A DNA stretch of 32,000 bases from Chloroflexi bacterium UBA6077 (GCA_002436065.1 DIXP01000105.1:18735-50734); one strand, 5' to 3'; positions 18,018-26,537 are shown, counted from the first letter of the stretch. The notes: a model not told the origin generated them from the sequence alone. Made by a program: numbers and translations.

Positions 18018-18049
18018 GAGAGCCCTGGGGCTAAAGCCCCAGGGCTCTC
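18018..18049 (+). terminator. strong stem-loop after RPH-like gene 1
   Basis: 14-bp perfect stem gagagccctggggc / gccccagggctctc with loop taaa, 36 nt after the stop. Confidence 0.65.
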
Positions 18050-18140
18050 AGACCTGGACAACCGATGTTGGATCTCCGTTTGTCAGCAGTCATAGCGGCC
18101 GAGACATCACGCAAAACAACGAGGAACCGTAGCAGGTAAC

Positions 18141-19355
18141 ATGCAGGCACAAACTCGAACCGAGAATCGCAAGAACCTCATCATCCTCTCCTTCACGCTC
18201 GTCGTCGTCATGCTGGGCTTCGGGATGGTCGTTCCGATCTTCCCGTTCTTCGTCGATCGGTTGGGCGCCGGCGGCAGCGCCCTGGGCTTGCTGGTGGCCA
18301 CCGGCGCACTCACCCAGCTGCTCTTTGGCCCGCTGTGGGGCAGCATCTCCGACCGAGCCGGACGCAAGCCAATCCTGATGGTCGGCTTGCTGGGCTACGG
18401 CCTCTCCATGGCGCTGTTTGGGCTTTCGACCGAACTGTGGATGCTGTTCGCTTCGCAGGCGCTGGCGGGGGTGTTGGCGTCGGCGACGACGGTCGCGGCG
18501 ATGGCCTACATCGGAGACAGCACCGGAGAGAGGGACAGGGCCGGCGGAATGGGCGCGCTGGGCGCTGCCTCCGGCCTCGGCATCATCCTCGGCCCCGGGC
18601 TGGGTGGATGGCTGGCCGGCGGGTCGCTGGCGACGCCGTTCTTCATCGCCGCGGCGATGTCGCTGGTCTCGATGCTACTCATCGCGCTGCTGCTGCCCGA
18701 GACTCTCCGACCGGAGGCGCGTGCGACCCAGGGCAGGGTCGGTCTCGTGGACTTCCGAGAGCTGTGGGGGGCGCTACGGAGCCCCATCTCCGGTCTGCTG
18801 CTGCTGGTCTTCATCGGCACGATCGGGACGAGCAACTTCGAGGCGATCTTCAGCCTGTACGCACTCGACGTGCTCGGTTACGGTCCGGAGCGAGTGGGCG
18901 CGATCCTAACGGTGGTCGGCATCGTCTCCGTGGTCGGCCGCGGGCTGTTGACCGGCCTGGCGACCAGACGGTGGGGCGAGACGGCCGTGATCAAGGGCGC
19001 GCTGCTGGCCGGCGCGGTGGCGTTCCTCCTCCTGCTGCTGGCGGAGACGCAGATTGCCGTTCTGCTCACCACCGGGCTGTTCGTCCTAATCACCGCCTTC
19101 TTCCGGCCGGCGGTTCACTCCTTGACCTCGCAGCGTGCGACGGTGGGCCAGGGCGCGGCGATGGGTCTGAGCAACTCCTTCGTGAGCCTTGGGCGAGTCG
19201 TGGGGCCGATCTGGGCAGGGGTGGTCTACGACCTCAACCCGAGCTATCCGTACCTCAGCGGGGCTGTGATCCTCTTCATCGCCTTTCTGCTGAGTCTGCT
19301 GTGGATGGGGGCGGGCAAGATGGACACCGCTACTGGGTCGTCAATTCCCGTTTGA
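18141..19355 (+). CDS. MFS transporter (DHA1/TetA-like drug:H+ antiporter type)
   Basis: 404 aa, about 12 hydrophobic segments, with the MFS loop motif GPLWGSISDRAGRKPIL between TM2 and TM3. Confidence 0.9.
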   Translation: MQAQTRTENRKNLIILSFTLVVVMLGFGMVVPIFPFFVDRLGAGGSALGLLVATGALTQLLFGPLWGSISDRAGRKPILMVGLLGYGLSMALFGLSTELWMLFASQALAGVLASATTVAAMAYIGDSTGERDRAGGMGALGAASGLGIILGPGLGGWLAGGSLATPFFIAAAMSLVSMLLIALLLPETLRPEARATQGRVGLVDFRELWGALRSPISGLLLLVFIGTIGTSNFEAIFSLYALDVLGYGPERVGAILTVVGIVSVVGRGLLTGLATRRWGETAVIKGALLAGAVAFLLLLLAETQIAVLLTTGLFVLITAFFRPAVHSLTSQRATVGQGAAMGLSNSFVSLGRVVGPIWAGVVYDLNPSYPYLSGAVILFIAFLLSLLWMGAGKMDTATGSSIPV

Positions 19356-19413
19356 CAGAACACCAGCCAGCGCAGCGTCCATGATCCAGAGGTTTCACCG
19401 CCCGATTCCGAGG

Positions 19414-19468
19414 TTGCCCAGGTCCGCTGCTTGCCTTACAATACGTGTAAGGAGAGCGATCTCTTACA
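19414..19468 (+). promoter_or_regulatory. promoter and operator repeats of the AbrB/PIN toxin-antitoxin operon
   Basis: TTGCCC (19414-19419), 17 nt, TACAAT (19437-19442). The inverted repeat CCTTACA-atacg-TGTAAGG (19434-19452) overlaps the -10. A third CTTACA lies at 19463-19468. Confidence 0.45.
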
Positions 19469-19482
19469 GTGGAGGTCCAATC

Positions 19483-19710
19483 ATGCCTGCCAGCAAGTTG
19501 ACCAGCAAGGGACAAATCACGCTGCCGAAGGAGATTCGGGACCGCCTCGGCTTGCGCCCGGGGGACGAGGTTGAATTCGTGCCTGAAGAAGGTAGCTATC
19601 GCCTCCGAAAGCGGGCGGGAGCTAGCCCCTTCGGACGCTACCGCGGCTACCTGGCCGATCTTGCGGGACAACTGCCGGATGACCTAGTGATGGAGACACG
19701 TGGCGAATGA
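19483..19710 (+). CDS. AbrB/SpoVT/MazE-fold antitoxin (VapB-type)
   Basis: GGAGG lies 7 nt before ATG 19483. MPASKLTSKGQITLPKEIRDRLGLRPGDEVEF is the SpoVT-AbrB swapped-hairpin motif. The listed ORF start at 19381 is an unsupported extension. Confidence 0.85.
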   Translation: MPASKLTSKGQITLPKEIRDRLGLRPGDEVEFVPEEGSYRLRKRAGASPFGRYRGYLADLAGQLPDDLVMETRGE

Positions 19711-20174
19711 TCGTTGCCGTCGACACCAATGTGCTGCTGGACCTCTTGGTGCCCGGCGCCCCGGACGCTGCCGCCTCGCAGGCGCGACTGGACGAGGCCT
19801 ACAACCGCGGTGCGCTGGCCATCTGCGAAGCGGTCTACGCTGAGTTGTCGGCCCGCTTTCACTCCCAACAGGAGTTGGATGAGTTCCTCGGTGATACCGG
19901 AATCCGGGTCGCACGTTCCACCCCCGGAACCCTTTGGGTTGCCGGCCAGACCTGGAGGCGCTACGCCGCCCGCCGACCCCAAGGTCTCCTCTGCCCGCGC
20001 TGCGGCACCCTTCAGATCGCCGCCTGCCCTCAGTGCCAGCGACACATCACGCCGCGGCAGCACGTACTGGCCGATTTCCTGATAGGTGCTCATGCTTCAG
20101 AACAGGCCGAAGGGCTGCTGACTCGGGATCGCGGCTACTACACGACCTACTTCCCGGGCTTGAGACTGCTCTGA
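19707..20174 (+). CDS. vapC: PIN-domain (VapC-family) toxin carrying a CxxC-x7-CxxC insert
   Basis: ATGA overlap with the antitoxin gene. Candidate PIN acidic residues are D6 (VAVDTNVL), E41/E46, D123 (LADFLIGAHA) and D141 (LLTRDRG). The insert is C96PRC99...C107PQC110. Confidence 0.85.
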   Translation: MIVAVDTNVLLDLLVPGAPDAAASQARLDEAYNRGALAICEAVYAELSARFHSQQELDEFLGDTGIRVARSTPGTLWVAGQTWRRYAARRPQGLLCPRCGTLQIAACPQCQRHITPRQHVLADFLIGAHASEQAEGLLTRDRGYYTTYFPGLRLL

Positions 20175-20347
20175 GGTTCCCCAATTGGGGACAACCATGA
20201 GCCACGCCAATGCTCCTGTATATCGCAAGGCTCGTCCCCTTCCGCCCCCGGACATGGACGCCCATCTCTGCCCACCCCCTACCGCCTCATCCGTTCGCCA
20301 ACCACCGGGCAGCAGGAGGCAGACTTAGGTGTGATGATACCTATCGC

Positions 20348-20376
20348 TTGACACCAGGGCACACCTCTGGGATACT
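20348..20376 (+). promoter_or_regulatory. promoter of TetR-2/ABC-2 cassette
   Basis: TTGACA (20348-20353), 17 nt, TGgGATACT (-10 at 20371-20376). It is followed by an A/T-rich leader containing CGGTTTATTATAGG. Confidence 0.5.
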
Positions 20377-20422
20377 GCTTGCATAAAACAAACAGAGTCT
20401 CGGTTTATTATAGGTGTGAGGA

Positions 20423-21175
20423 ATGGCGCGAACCGTCAACAAACAGGACCACGCTAGGAAGCGCGACGAGATCCTCGACGCGGCGATGAAGCTCATATTC
20501 GCCAAGGGCTACGAGCGCATGACGGTCCAGGACATCCTCGCCGACCTGCGGATCTCCAGCGGGGCGTTCTACCACTACTTCGATTCCAAGCCGGCGGTGC
20601 TGGAAGCCTTCATCGAGCGGATACGGGAGGAGTCGGAGAAGCCGCTCCTCCCCATCCTTCACGATCCTCGCCTGAGCGCGATCCAGAAGCTGCAGGGTTT
20701 CTTCGACACGCTCGACCGCTTGAGGATCGAGCGCCAGGCGGAGGTGGTCTCCCTGGGGCGCGTCTGGTACACCGACGAGAACGCTATCGTCCGCCAGAAG
20801 GTGGAGGAGGCGGTCTTCAAGCAACGGGCACCGCTACTGACAGAGATCGTCTGCCAGGGCCTTCAGGAAGGGGTCTTCACAACCGCCTATCCCGACCAGA
20901 GCGGGGAGGTCATCCTGTCGCTCTTGCAGGGCATGGGAAACGCCCATGCCAGGCTGCTGCTCTCCCTGGAGAAGGAGAGCGACGAGGAGCGCATCATCGA
21001 AGAGATCGCCGCCACCCATGCCGCCTACATGGAGGCGATAGAGCGGGTGCTGGGCGCGCCCCCCAACTCCCTGTGCCGCGTCGACGCCGAGGCCGTGAAG
21101 GTGTGGACAAGGACAGGAGAGGAGAGCAGCCGTATGACCGCCGTCATCAAGACAGAGAGGAGGGCAGTTTCATGA
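20423..21175 (+). CDS. TetR/AcrR-family transcriptional regulator (TetR-2; paralog of TetR-4)
   Basis: 250 aa. HTH region ILDAAMKLIFAKGYERMTVQDILADLRISSGAFYHYFDSKPAVL. Its stop overlaps the ATPase ATG (ATGA). Confidence 0.9.
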   Translation: MARTVNKQDHARKRDEILDAAMKLIFAKGYERMTVQDILADLRISSGAFYHYFDSKPAVLEAFIERIREESEKPLLPILHDPRLSAIQKLQGFFDTLDRLRIERQAEVVSLGRVWYTDENAIVRQKVEEAVFKQRAPLLTEIVCQGLQEGVFTTAYPDQSGEVILSLLQGMGNAHARLLLSLEKESDEERIIEEIAATHAAYMEAIERVLGAPPNSLCRVDAEAVKVWTRTGEESSRMTAVIKTERRAVS

Positions 21176-21191
21176 CCGCCGTCATCAAGAC
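21116..21191 (+). repeat. imperfect 2 x 38-bp tandem duplication spanning the RBS and first 20 nt of the ABC ATPase gene
   Basis: Unit A is 21116-21153 and unit B is 21154-21191. The 3' 20 nt (atgaccgccgtcatcaagac) are identical. In the 5' 18 nt, 12 of 18 match (ggagaggagagcagccgt vs agagaggagggcagtttc). Confidence 0.8.
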
Positions 21192-22074
21192 CGATAAGCT
21201 CACCAAGTCCTACGGTTCCCACCGCGGGATTGTGGACGTGGAGCTGGAGGTCCTGGAGGGCGAGGTGTTCGGCTTCCTGGGGCCCAACGGGGCCGGGAAG
21301 ACCACGACCATCCGCACTATCCTGGACCTGATCCGGCCCACCAGCGGCCGGGCGTTCGTCTTCGGCATCGAGTCGAGTGCCGACCCGGTGGCCATCCACC
21401 GGCGGGTCGGGTATCTCCCCGGTGAGTTTACCCTCTACGACCGCCTGACCGGCGGCCAGACCATCCAGTACTTCGCCAACCTGCGGGGCAGCGTCGATCC
21501 CGCCTACCAGGCGGCGCTCATCGACCGACTCGAGCTGGACCCCTCGCGCCGGTTCAAGGAGTATTCGAAGGGCAACAAACAGAAGGTTGGGCTCGTCATC
21601 GCGCTACAGCACCGGCCGGAGCTGCTGGTGCTGGACGAGCCGACATCCGGCCTCGACCCACTCGTGCAACAGACCTTCTACGCGCTGATCCGGGAGGCGA
21701 AGGCCGAAGGCCGGACCGTCTTCCTTTCCAGCCACATCCTGCGCGAGGCCGAGCGCAGCTGCGATCGCGTGGGCATCATCCGCGAGGGCCGGCTGGCGCG
21801 GATCGATCGCGTCGGCGACCTGCGCGACGTCACCCAGCACGAAATCGAGCTGCGGTTCGCGGGCCGTCCGCCACGGGCCGACTTCGAGAATCTGCCAGGT
21901 GTCAGCGGCGTTGTGAGCGAGGACCACCTGCTTCGCCTGCGGGTGTCGGGACCGATCGCGCCTGTTGTCCAGGCTGCCGCCCGGCATGAGGTGCTCGACT
22001 TCATCAGCCGTGAGCCCTCGCTGGAAGAGATATTCCTGGCCGAGTACGGGCAGCCCGTCGTGGAGGTTAAGTAG
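21172..22074 (+). CDS. ABC transporter ATP-binding protein, cassette 2
   Basis: The second ATGACCGCC copy is the only one opening a long frame. Walker [10 protein letters not shown], signature YSKGNKQKV, Walker [13 protein letters not shown] and H-loop SSHIL. Confidence 0.95.
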   Translation: MTAVIKTDKLTKSYGSHRGIVDVELEVLEGEVFGFLGPNGAGKTTTIRTILDLIRPTSGRAFVFGIESSADPVAIHRRVGYLPGEFTLYDRLTGGQTIQYFANLRGSVDPAYQAALIDRLELDPSRRFKEYSKGNKQKVGLVIALQHRPELLVLDEPTSGLDPLVQQTFYALIREAKAEGRTVFLSSHILREAERSCDRVGIIREGRLARIDRVGDLRDVTQHEIELRFAGRPPRADFENLPGVSGVVSEDHLLRLRVSGPIAPVVQAAARHEVLDFISREPSLEEIFLAEYGQPVVEVK

Positions 22075-22076
22075 TC

Positions 22077-23726
22077 ATGACCGCCAAATTGGCAACGCCC
22101 CGGAGCCGCTTCACCGGCCCCGGCGGCGTCTATGTGAAGAGTGTCCGCGACGCGCTGCGGGCGTTTCTCGCCGTCACGCTTCTCCTGGGGGGCCTGATGC
22201 TCGCGGTCGGTGCCGGGATCCCCAGAGCGTATCCGACCCAGGAAGCCCGCGACGACATGGTACGTATCGCGACAGGGCTCGGGCAGGGTCTCACATCGAT
22301 GCCCGTGAACGCGGACACCGTGGGTGGGTGGGTGCAGTGGAAGTACGGGGCCGACTTCCTCTGGATCGCAGCGCTCTGGTCGATCCTCGCCCTGTCTGCG
22401 ACCCTAGTGACTGAAGCCCGGCGCGGCAGCCTCGAGTTCCTCGCCGCGACGCCCCTCACGAGGCGGCGCGTCGCGCTCGAAAAGGTCGCGGCGCACCTGA
22501 CTGTCATGGCGGTCGCCTGCGCGAGCGTGGGTTTCGCCGCCTGGCTGGCCGGCGCGGCATTCGGGACCCTGCCTGGCGACGTGATCCCGGTGCCCGCGGC
22601 GGCCGGCCTCGCGCTGTGGATGGGACTGGGAGCGGTCGCCTTCGGTGGCCTGGCGTTCGTCCTCGCACCGTTCCTCGGCCGCGGGGCGGCGGCAGGAATC
22701 GCTAGCGTCCTCCTGTTTGCCGGGTGGACCCTGACCGGCTTCCAGGTGTCCGCGCCTCCCGCTCGTGCGATCGCGAACCTGACGCCCTGGTCGTGGACCG
22801 CGAACCATCTGCCGCTCGCCGGCCAGTACGACTGGATCTCGCTGCTGCCGGTCGCCCTGGTTGCGGCCGTATTGCTGGCGGTCGGAGTCGAGGCGTTCGC
22901 GCGCCGCGACATCGGAGCGTCGAGTGCCGTCGTAGTCCCGGGACTGCCGAGCGCGCTGCTCGGTCTCCGCGGAGCGATCGGGCGAGCATTCAGCGATCGC
23001 CTGCCGGCGGCGATCGCCTGGGCCGCCGTCCTGGGCATAGTTGGGGCGGTTTGCACGGCCGCGAGCCCCGCGATCGCCGGTCAGATGGCGAAGCTGTCGC
23101 CTGAGACGGTGCAGCTTTTCCGCGAGGGTCTACCGGTCGACCCCACCACCGCCGCTGGATTGCTCGAGTTCGGCATCATCCAGGTCGGGTACCTCGCCGT
23201 CGGCTTCGCCGCCGTCACGCTCGTGTCCGGCTGGGCCGCCGACGAGACCTCCGGCCGACTGGAGATGCTACTGGCCACGCCGCTCACACGCGCGCGGTGG
23301 GCCGCCGCCGGAGGCTTCGGGGTGTACCTCGCCCTCGGGCTGATCATCGTGCTGTTGAGCCTGGGCGTGGGGGTCGGTGCATTGCTGGCCGGCATCGACG
23401 CGCTGACGCCGATGATCGCCACCGCGACGCTGGCCCTGTTCGCGGCCAGCGTCGCCGGCATCGGCCTGGCCATCGGTGGGGTCTTCCGGACCTCCATCGC
23501 CGCCGAGGTGGTGGGCGCCGTCGTCGCGGCGACGCTCGCCATCGAGTGGCTCGCTCCGGCGCTCCGTCTGCCTAGCTGGGTCCATCAGCTTGCACTCACC
23601 GCCCACCTGGGCCAGCCGATGCTCGGAACCTGGGACTGGACCGGTATGGCCGCCTGTCTCGTCCTCGCCCTCGGTGGCCTGGCTCTGTCGGCCTGGGGCA
23701 TGCGCCGTCGGGACGTGGCGACCTGA
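22077..23726 (+). CDS. ABC-2 type exporter permease, cassette 2
   Basis: 549 aa and hydrophobic. Internal two-fold repeat with EARRGSLEFLAATPLTRRR and DETSGRLEMLLATPLTRARW motifs. The C-terminal RRRDVAT resembles the other two permeases. Confidence 0.85.
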   Translation: MTAKLATPRSRFTGPGGVYVKSVRDALRAFLAVTLLLGGLMLAVGAGIPRAYPTQEARDDMVRIATGLGQGLTSMPVNADTVGGWVQWKYGADFLWIAALWSILALSATLVTEARRGSLEFLAATPLTRRRVALEKVAAHLTVMAVACASVGFAAWLAGAAFGTLPGDVIPVPAAAGLALWMGLGAVAFGGLAFVLAPFLGRGAAAGIASVLLFAGWTLTGFQVSAPPARAIANLTPWSWTANHLPLAGQYDWISLLPVALVAAVLLAVGVEAFARRDIGASSAVVVPGLPSALLGLRGAIGRAFSDRLPAAIAWAAVLGIVGAVCTAASPAIAGQMAKLSPETVQLFREGLPVDPTTAAGLLEFGIIQVGYLAVGFAAVTLVSGWAADETSGRLEMLLATPLTRARWAAAGGFGVYLALGLIIVLLSLGVGVGALLAGIDALTPMIATATLALFAASVAGIGLAIGGVFRTSIAAEVVGAVVAATLAIEWLAPALRLPSWVHQLALTAHLGQPMLGTWDWTGMAACLVLALGGLALSAWGMRRRDVAT

Positions 23727-23810
23727 CGCCTGGCCGCGGCAGGAGGCACGTAACGGACACCCAGAGTGAGGCGCTGAAGGCGCAGATGGAGTAGGCGTTC
23801 TGAGAGAGGC

Positions 23811-23846
23811 CCCTTCACCGAGGGCGGCAGCGCCCTCGGTGAAGGG
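23811..23846. terminator. strong bidirectional stem-loop between convergent permease-2 and vapC
   Basis: 16-bp perfect stem cccttcaccgagggcg / cgccctcggtgaaggg with loop gcag. Confidence 0.7.
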
Positions 23847-23931
23847 ACTCCCGATGCGCTCACCGGACGGCTCTATGGACGCGCAGTGGGGCAGCAGTGG
23901 CGACCAACACGGACGAAAACGAAGGTTGGGT

Positions 23932-24348
23932 TCACGAAAGGGCTCCCACCAGGCTCTCGACCTGGAGGGAGCTGTGGTTGGCGATGAGGTCGAAGTCTCT
24001 GTCGGCGTGGACGAGGATCGCGCCGTGGCGTAGCGCCAGGGCGGCGAGCAGGAGATCGGCGAAGGGGACCGTGACGCCGACGCGCCGCAGGGAGAAGGAC
24101 AGGCGCGCCGCCGCGTTCCAGTCGGCTTCATCGGTGGGCAAGCGATGCAGACCCCTCAGCTGGCTGTCAAGCTGCTGGAACTCGCGTTCGTTGGCCGCCC
24201 CTCCCAGCAACTCCAGTTCGACCAGGCCGCAGGTTGCCACTGCATCGAGCTCGGCCAATTCTCGGAGGCGACGCTGGATGGCTTCGCGCGACCTCCTTCG
24301 GAGGGCGAAGATCCAGGCTGAGCTGTCTACCAGATAGAGCTCGGCCAT
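23932..24348 (-). CDS. vapC: PIN-domain toxin VapC
   Basis: 138 aa. YLVDSSAW (first Asp), ELELLGGA, FADLLLAALALRHGAILVHADRDF. Confidence 0.9.
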   Translation of the reverse strand: MAELYLVDSSAWIFALRRRSREAIQRRLRELAELDAVATCGLVELELLGGAANEREFQQLDSQLRGLHRLPTDEADWNAAARLSFSLRRVGVTVPFADLLLAALALRHGAILVHADRDFDLIANHSSLQVESLVGALS

Positions 24349-24351
24349 GCG

Positions 24352-24558
24352 CTACTCGGCCCAGCGCAAGCGCCGCAACTCTTCCGGATCCAGGTCCAGT
24401 TCATAGGTTCCAAGGCTTTCGATCAGCTCGCGGCGACGCCGTTGCCGTATCAACTCCCGCAGGGCCAGCTCAACGGTCTCGGTCTTCGTCTTCGCCCCGA
24501 TCGACTCCATAGCCATCTCCAGGAGCGCCTCGTCGATGTCCAGCGTAGTTCTAGCCAT
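24352..24558 (-). CDS. vapB: VapB-family antitoxin (short ribbon-helix-helix-like, MARTTLDIDEALL type)
   Basis: ATG 24558 has GGGAGG 6 nt upstream. 68 aa: MARTTLDIDEALLEMAMESIGAKTKTETVELALRELI. It ends 3 nt before the vapC ATG. The ORF extension to 24600 would include its own promoter. Confidence 0.8.
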   Translation of the reverse strand: MARTTLDIDEALLEMAMESIGAKTKTETVELALRELIRQRRRRELIESLGTYELDLDPEELRRLRWAE

Positions 24559-24582
24559 GATCTGCCTCCCGTCTACATATCC

Positions 24583-24588
24583 ATTATA
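24583..24588 (-). promoter_or_regulatory. -10 element (TATAAT) of vapBC
   Basis: The minus strand reads TATAAT, 24 nt upstream of ATG 24558. No convincing -35 is visible. Confidence 0.35.
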
Positions 24589-24701
24589 TGCATGGACCAC
24601 TCTAGGGCGCTAGTCCCGGAAGCCACACCTGTTGTCAGAAACCATGGGCCGCTCAGCGACAGCGAGTATCACACCGACTGGCCGACACCGTCCTCACGTC
24701 C

Positions 24702-24776
24702 TTGACAGCCGACGTCCCCCATCGTATCCTTTCAGTATCCAATCTAATGACCAAATATGCATATGTGGTCATTAGA
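24702..24776 (+). promoter_or_regulatory. promoter and 34-bp near-perfect palindromic operator of TetR-3/ABC-3 cassette
   Basis: TTGACA (24702-24707), 17 nt, TATCCT (24725-24730). The palindrome tCTAATGACCAaATATG|CATATgTGGTCATTAGa (24743-24776) pairs at 16 of 17 positions. Confidence 0.55.
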
Positions 24777-24793
24777 ATGATGGCGAGGGGCAT

Positions 24794-25534
24794 ATGGCAG
24801 GTCGGGAACAGGAGACGAGTAGATCACCGAGGGGATTGTCGAAGCGGCAGGAGCGAGCGCATCGCATCCTGGATGCTGCTGCATCGCTGATCCTGCGATG
24901 GGGCTACAACAAGACCACCATCGACGATATCGCCAGGCAGGCCGGGGTAGCCAAGGGCACCATCTACCTGCACTGGAAGACGCGCGATGAGCTGTTCAGC
25001 GCTCTCCTTCGACGGGAGCAGTTGGCTATGGGAAGGGATTTCCTGGAGCACATCACCCAGGACCCCAAAGGTGCAACCCTGCGAGGCATCTACAAGCACA
25101 CGGCCCTCGCCCTCATGAAACGCCCCCTGCTGAAGGCGCTCCTCCTGGGCGACAGGGACGTTGTCGGAAAGCTGGCGGAACGCGAGCAGGGTAGCGCAGC
25201 CTATGCGGAGAAGCTCACGGGCTTCGAGGTCTACCTGGAGTTTCTGCGCGAACGTGGCCTGGTTAGGACGGATCTCAAGCCGCGAGCACAGCTGCAGATG
25301 GCGAGCGCCATCATGGTCGGGTTCTTCTTCCTTCCGACCTTGACACCGGATGAGTACGGTCTTTCCGATGAGGAGACGGCAGATCTCATCGGGGAGACGG
25401 TGCAACGGGCCCTCGAGTCGGGTCGCGAGGTCTCACCCGAGGAGATGCGGAGCCTCTCCGACACCTTCAAGCAGTACCTGGACCGTGTCTGGTCGATGCT
25501 AGAGGAGCAGGCGAGAGAAGAGTCGGAAGCGTGA
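24794..25534 (+). CDS. TetR/AcrR-family transcriptional regulator (TetR-3)
   Basis: 246 aa. HTH ILDAAASLILRWGYNKTTIDDIARQAGVAKGTIYLHWKTRDELF. Beyond the HTH it is not similar to TetR-1. Confidence 0.9.
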   Translation: MAGREQETSRSPRGLSKRQERAHRILDAAASLILRWGYNKTTIDDIARQAGVAKGTIYLHWKTRDELFSALLRREQLAMGRDFLEHITQDPKGATLRGIYKHTALALMKRPLLKALLLGDRDVVGKLAEREQGSAAYAEKLTGFEVYLEFLRERGLVRTDLKPRAQLQMASAIMVGFFFLPTLTPDEYGLSDEETADLIGETVQRALESGREVSPEEMRSLSDTFKQYLDRVWSMLEEQAREESEA

Positions 25535-25616
25535 CTCTCCAGGGCGCGAAGGAGACTCACGTAGTCGGTGAAGGGCATGCGGTCTCGATCTCAACGAAGA
25601 TGGAAGGTGTATCGCA

Positions 25617-26537
25617 ATGTCGGTAACAACGACTGCTATCTCGATATCCGGTCTGGCCAAATCCTTCGGCTCCACCCACGCCCTGGATGGCCTGGATCTC
25701 TCCGTCCACACGGGCGAGGTCCACGGCTTCCTTGGACCCAACGGAGCAGGCAAGACCACCACCCTGCGCATCCTGTTGGGCTTGCTGAGGAAGGACGCCG
25801 GCGAGGCCAGACTTCTGGGCGGCGACCCCTGGCGCGACGCCGTTGACCTACATCGCCGCCTGGCCTACGTCCCGGGCGATGTCGCCCTCTGGCCTGACCT
25901 CTCAGGGGGCGAGATCATCGACCTGCTGGGCAGGCTGCGAGGTGGCCTCGACCCTCAACGTCGCGCCAACCTGCTGGAGCGCTTCGATCTCGACCCCAGG
26001 AAGAGGGCCCGCACCTACTCCAAGGGCAACAGGCAGAAGGTCGCCCTCGTTGCAGCCCTCGCCTCCGATGTCGAACTGCTGCTGCTGGACGAGCCCACCT
26101 CGGGCCTCGACCCGTTGATGGAGGCGGTGTTCCGTCAGTGCATGGATGAAGAGCGGCAGAAGGGGCGCACCGTCCTGCTCTCCAGCCACATCCTCGCCGA
26201 GGTCGAGGCGATCTGCGACCGGGTGACCATCATCCGAGCTGGCCGGACGGTGGAGAGCGGCAGCCTGGCCGAACTGCGCCATCTGACTCGGACGTCGATC
26301 ACGGCCGAGTTGTCGAGCCCTCCCCTCGGGCTGGCTGGCTTGCCCGGGGTACACGAGTTGCAGGTCGATGGCACCCGCGTGCGCTGCGAGGTGGACGCCG
26401 ACGGGCTGGACGGCATGCTGCGTCACCTCACCGCAGCCGGCGTGCGCAGCCTGATCAGCCAGCCCCCAACGCTGGAGGATCTGTTCATGCGGCACTACGG
26501 CACCGACATACGGGAGAAGGAGGCGGTTCAGAGATGA
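25617..26537 (+). CDS. ABC transporter ATP-binding protein, cassette 3 (close paralog of 9043..9984)
   Basis: It has the same motifs as cassette 1. By eye it is about 90 % identical over the first ~230 aa (MS[LV][17 protein letters not shown]..). Confidence 0.95.
   Translation: MSVTTTAISISGLAKSFGSTHALDGLDLSVHTGEVHGFLGPNGAGKTTTLRILLGLLRKDAGEARLLGGDPWRDAVDLHRRLAYVPGDVALWPDLSGGEIIDLLGRLRGGLDPQRRANLLERFDLDPRKRARTYSKGNRQKVALVAALASDVELLLLDEPTSGLDPLMEAVFRQCMDEERQKGRTVLLSSHILAEVEAICDRVTIIRAGRTVESGSLAELRHLTRTSITAELSSPPLGLAGLPGVHELQVDGTRVRCEVDADGLDGMLRHLTAAGVRSLISQPPTLEDLFMRHYGTDIREKEAVQR

Noticed and set aside
20179-20331. Palindrome CCCCAATTGGGG just after the PIN gene, and a 44-codon ATG ORF (20197..20331) in the 248-bp gap
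   Set aside because: The palindrome can only form a 4-bp stem. The ORF is Pro-rich (MSHANAPVYRKARPLPPPD..), has no SD and no motif, so it is probably non-coding spacer upstream of the TetR-2 promoter.
25535-25616. 82-bp gap between TetR-3 and ATPase-3, with a GTG ORF (25568..25846) running into the ATPase gene
   Set aside because: The ORF is out of frame with the ATPase and has shadow-type sequence. I could not find a convincing hairpin or attenuator, so I treat the gap as a simple intergenic spacer.
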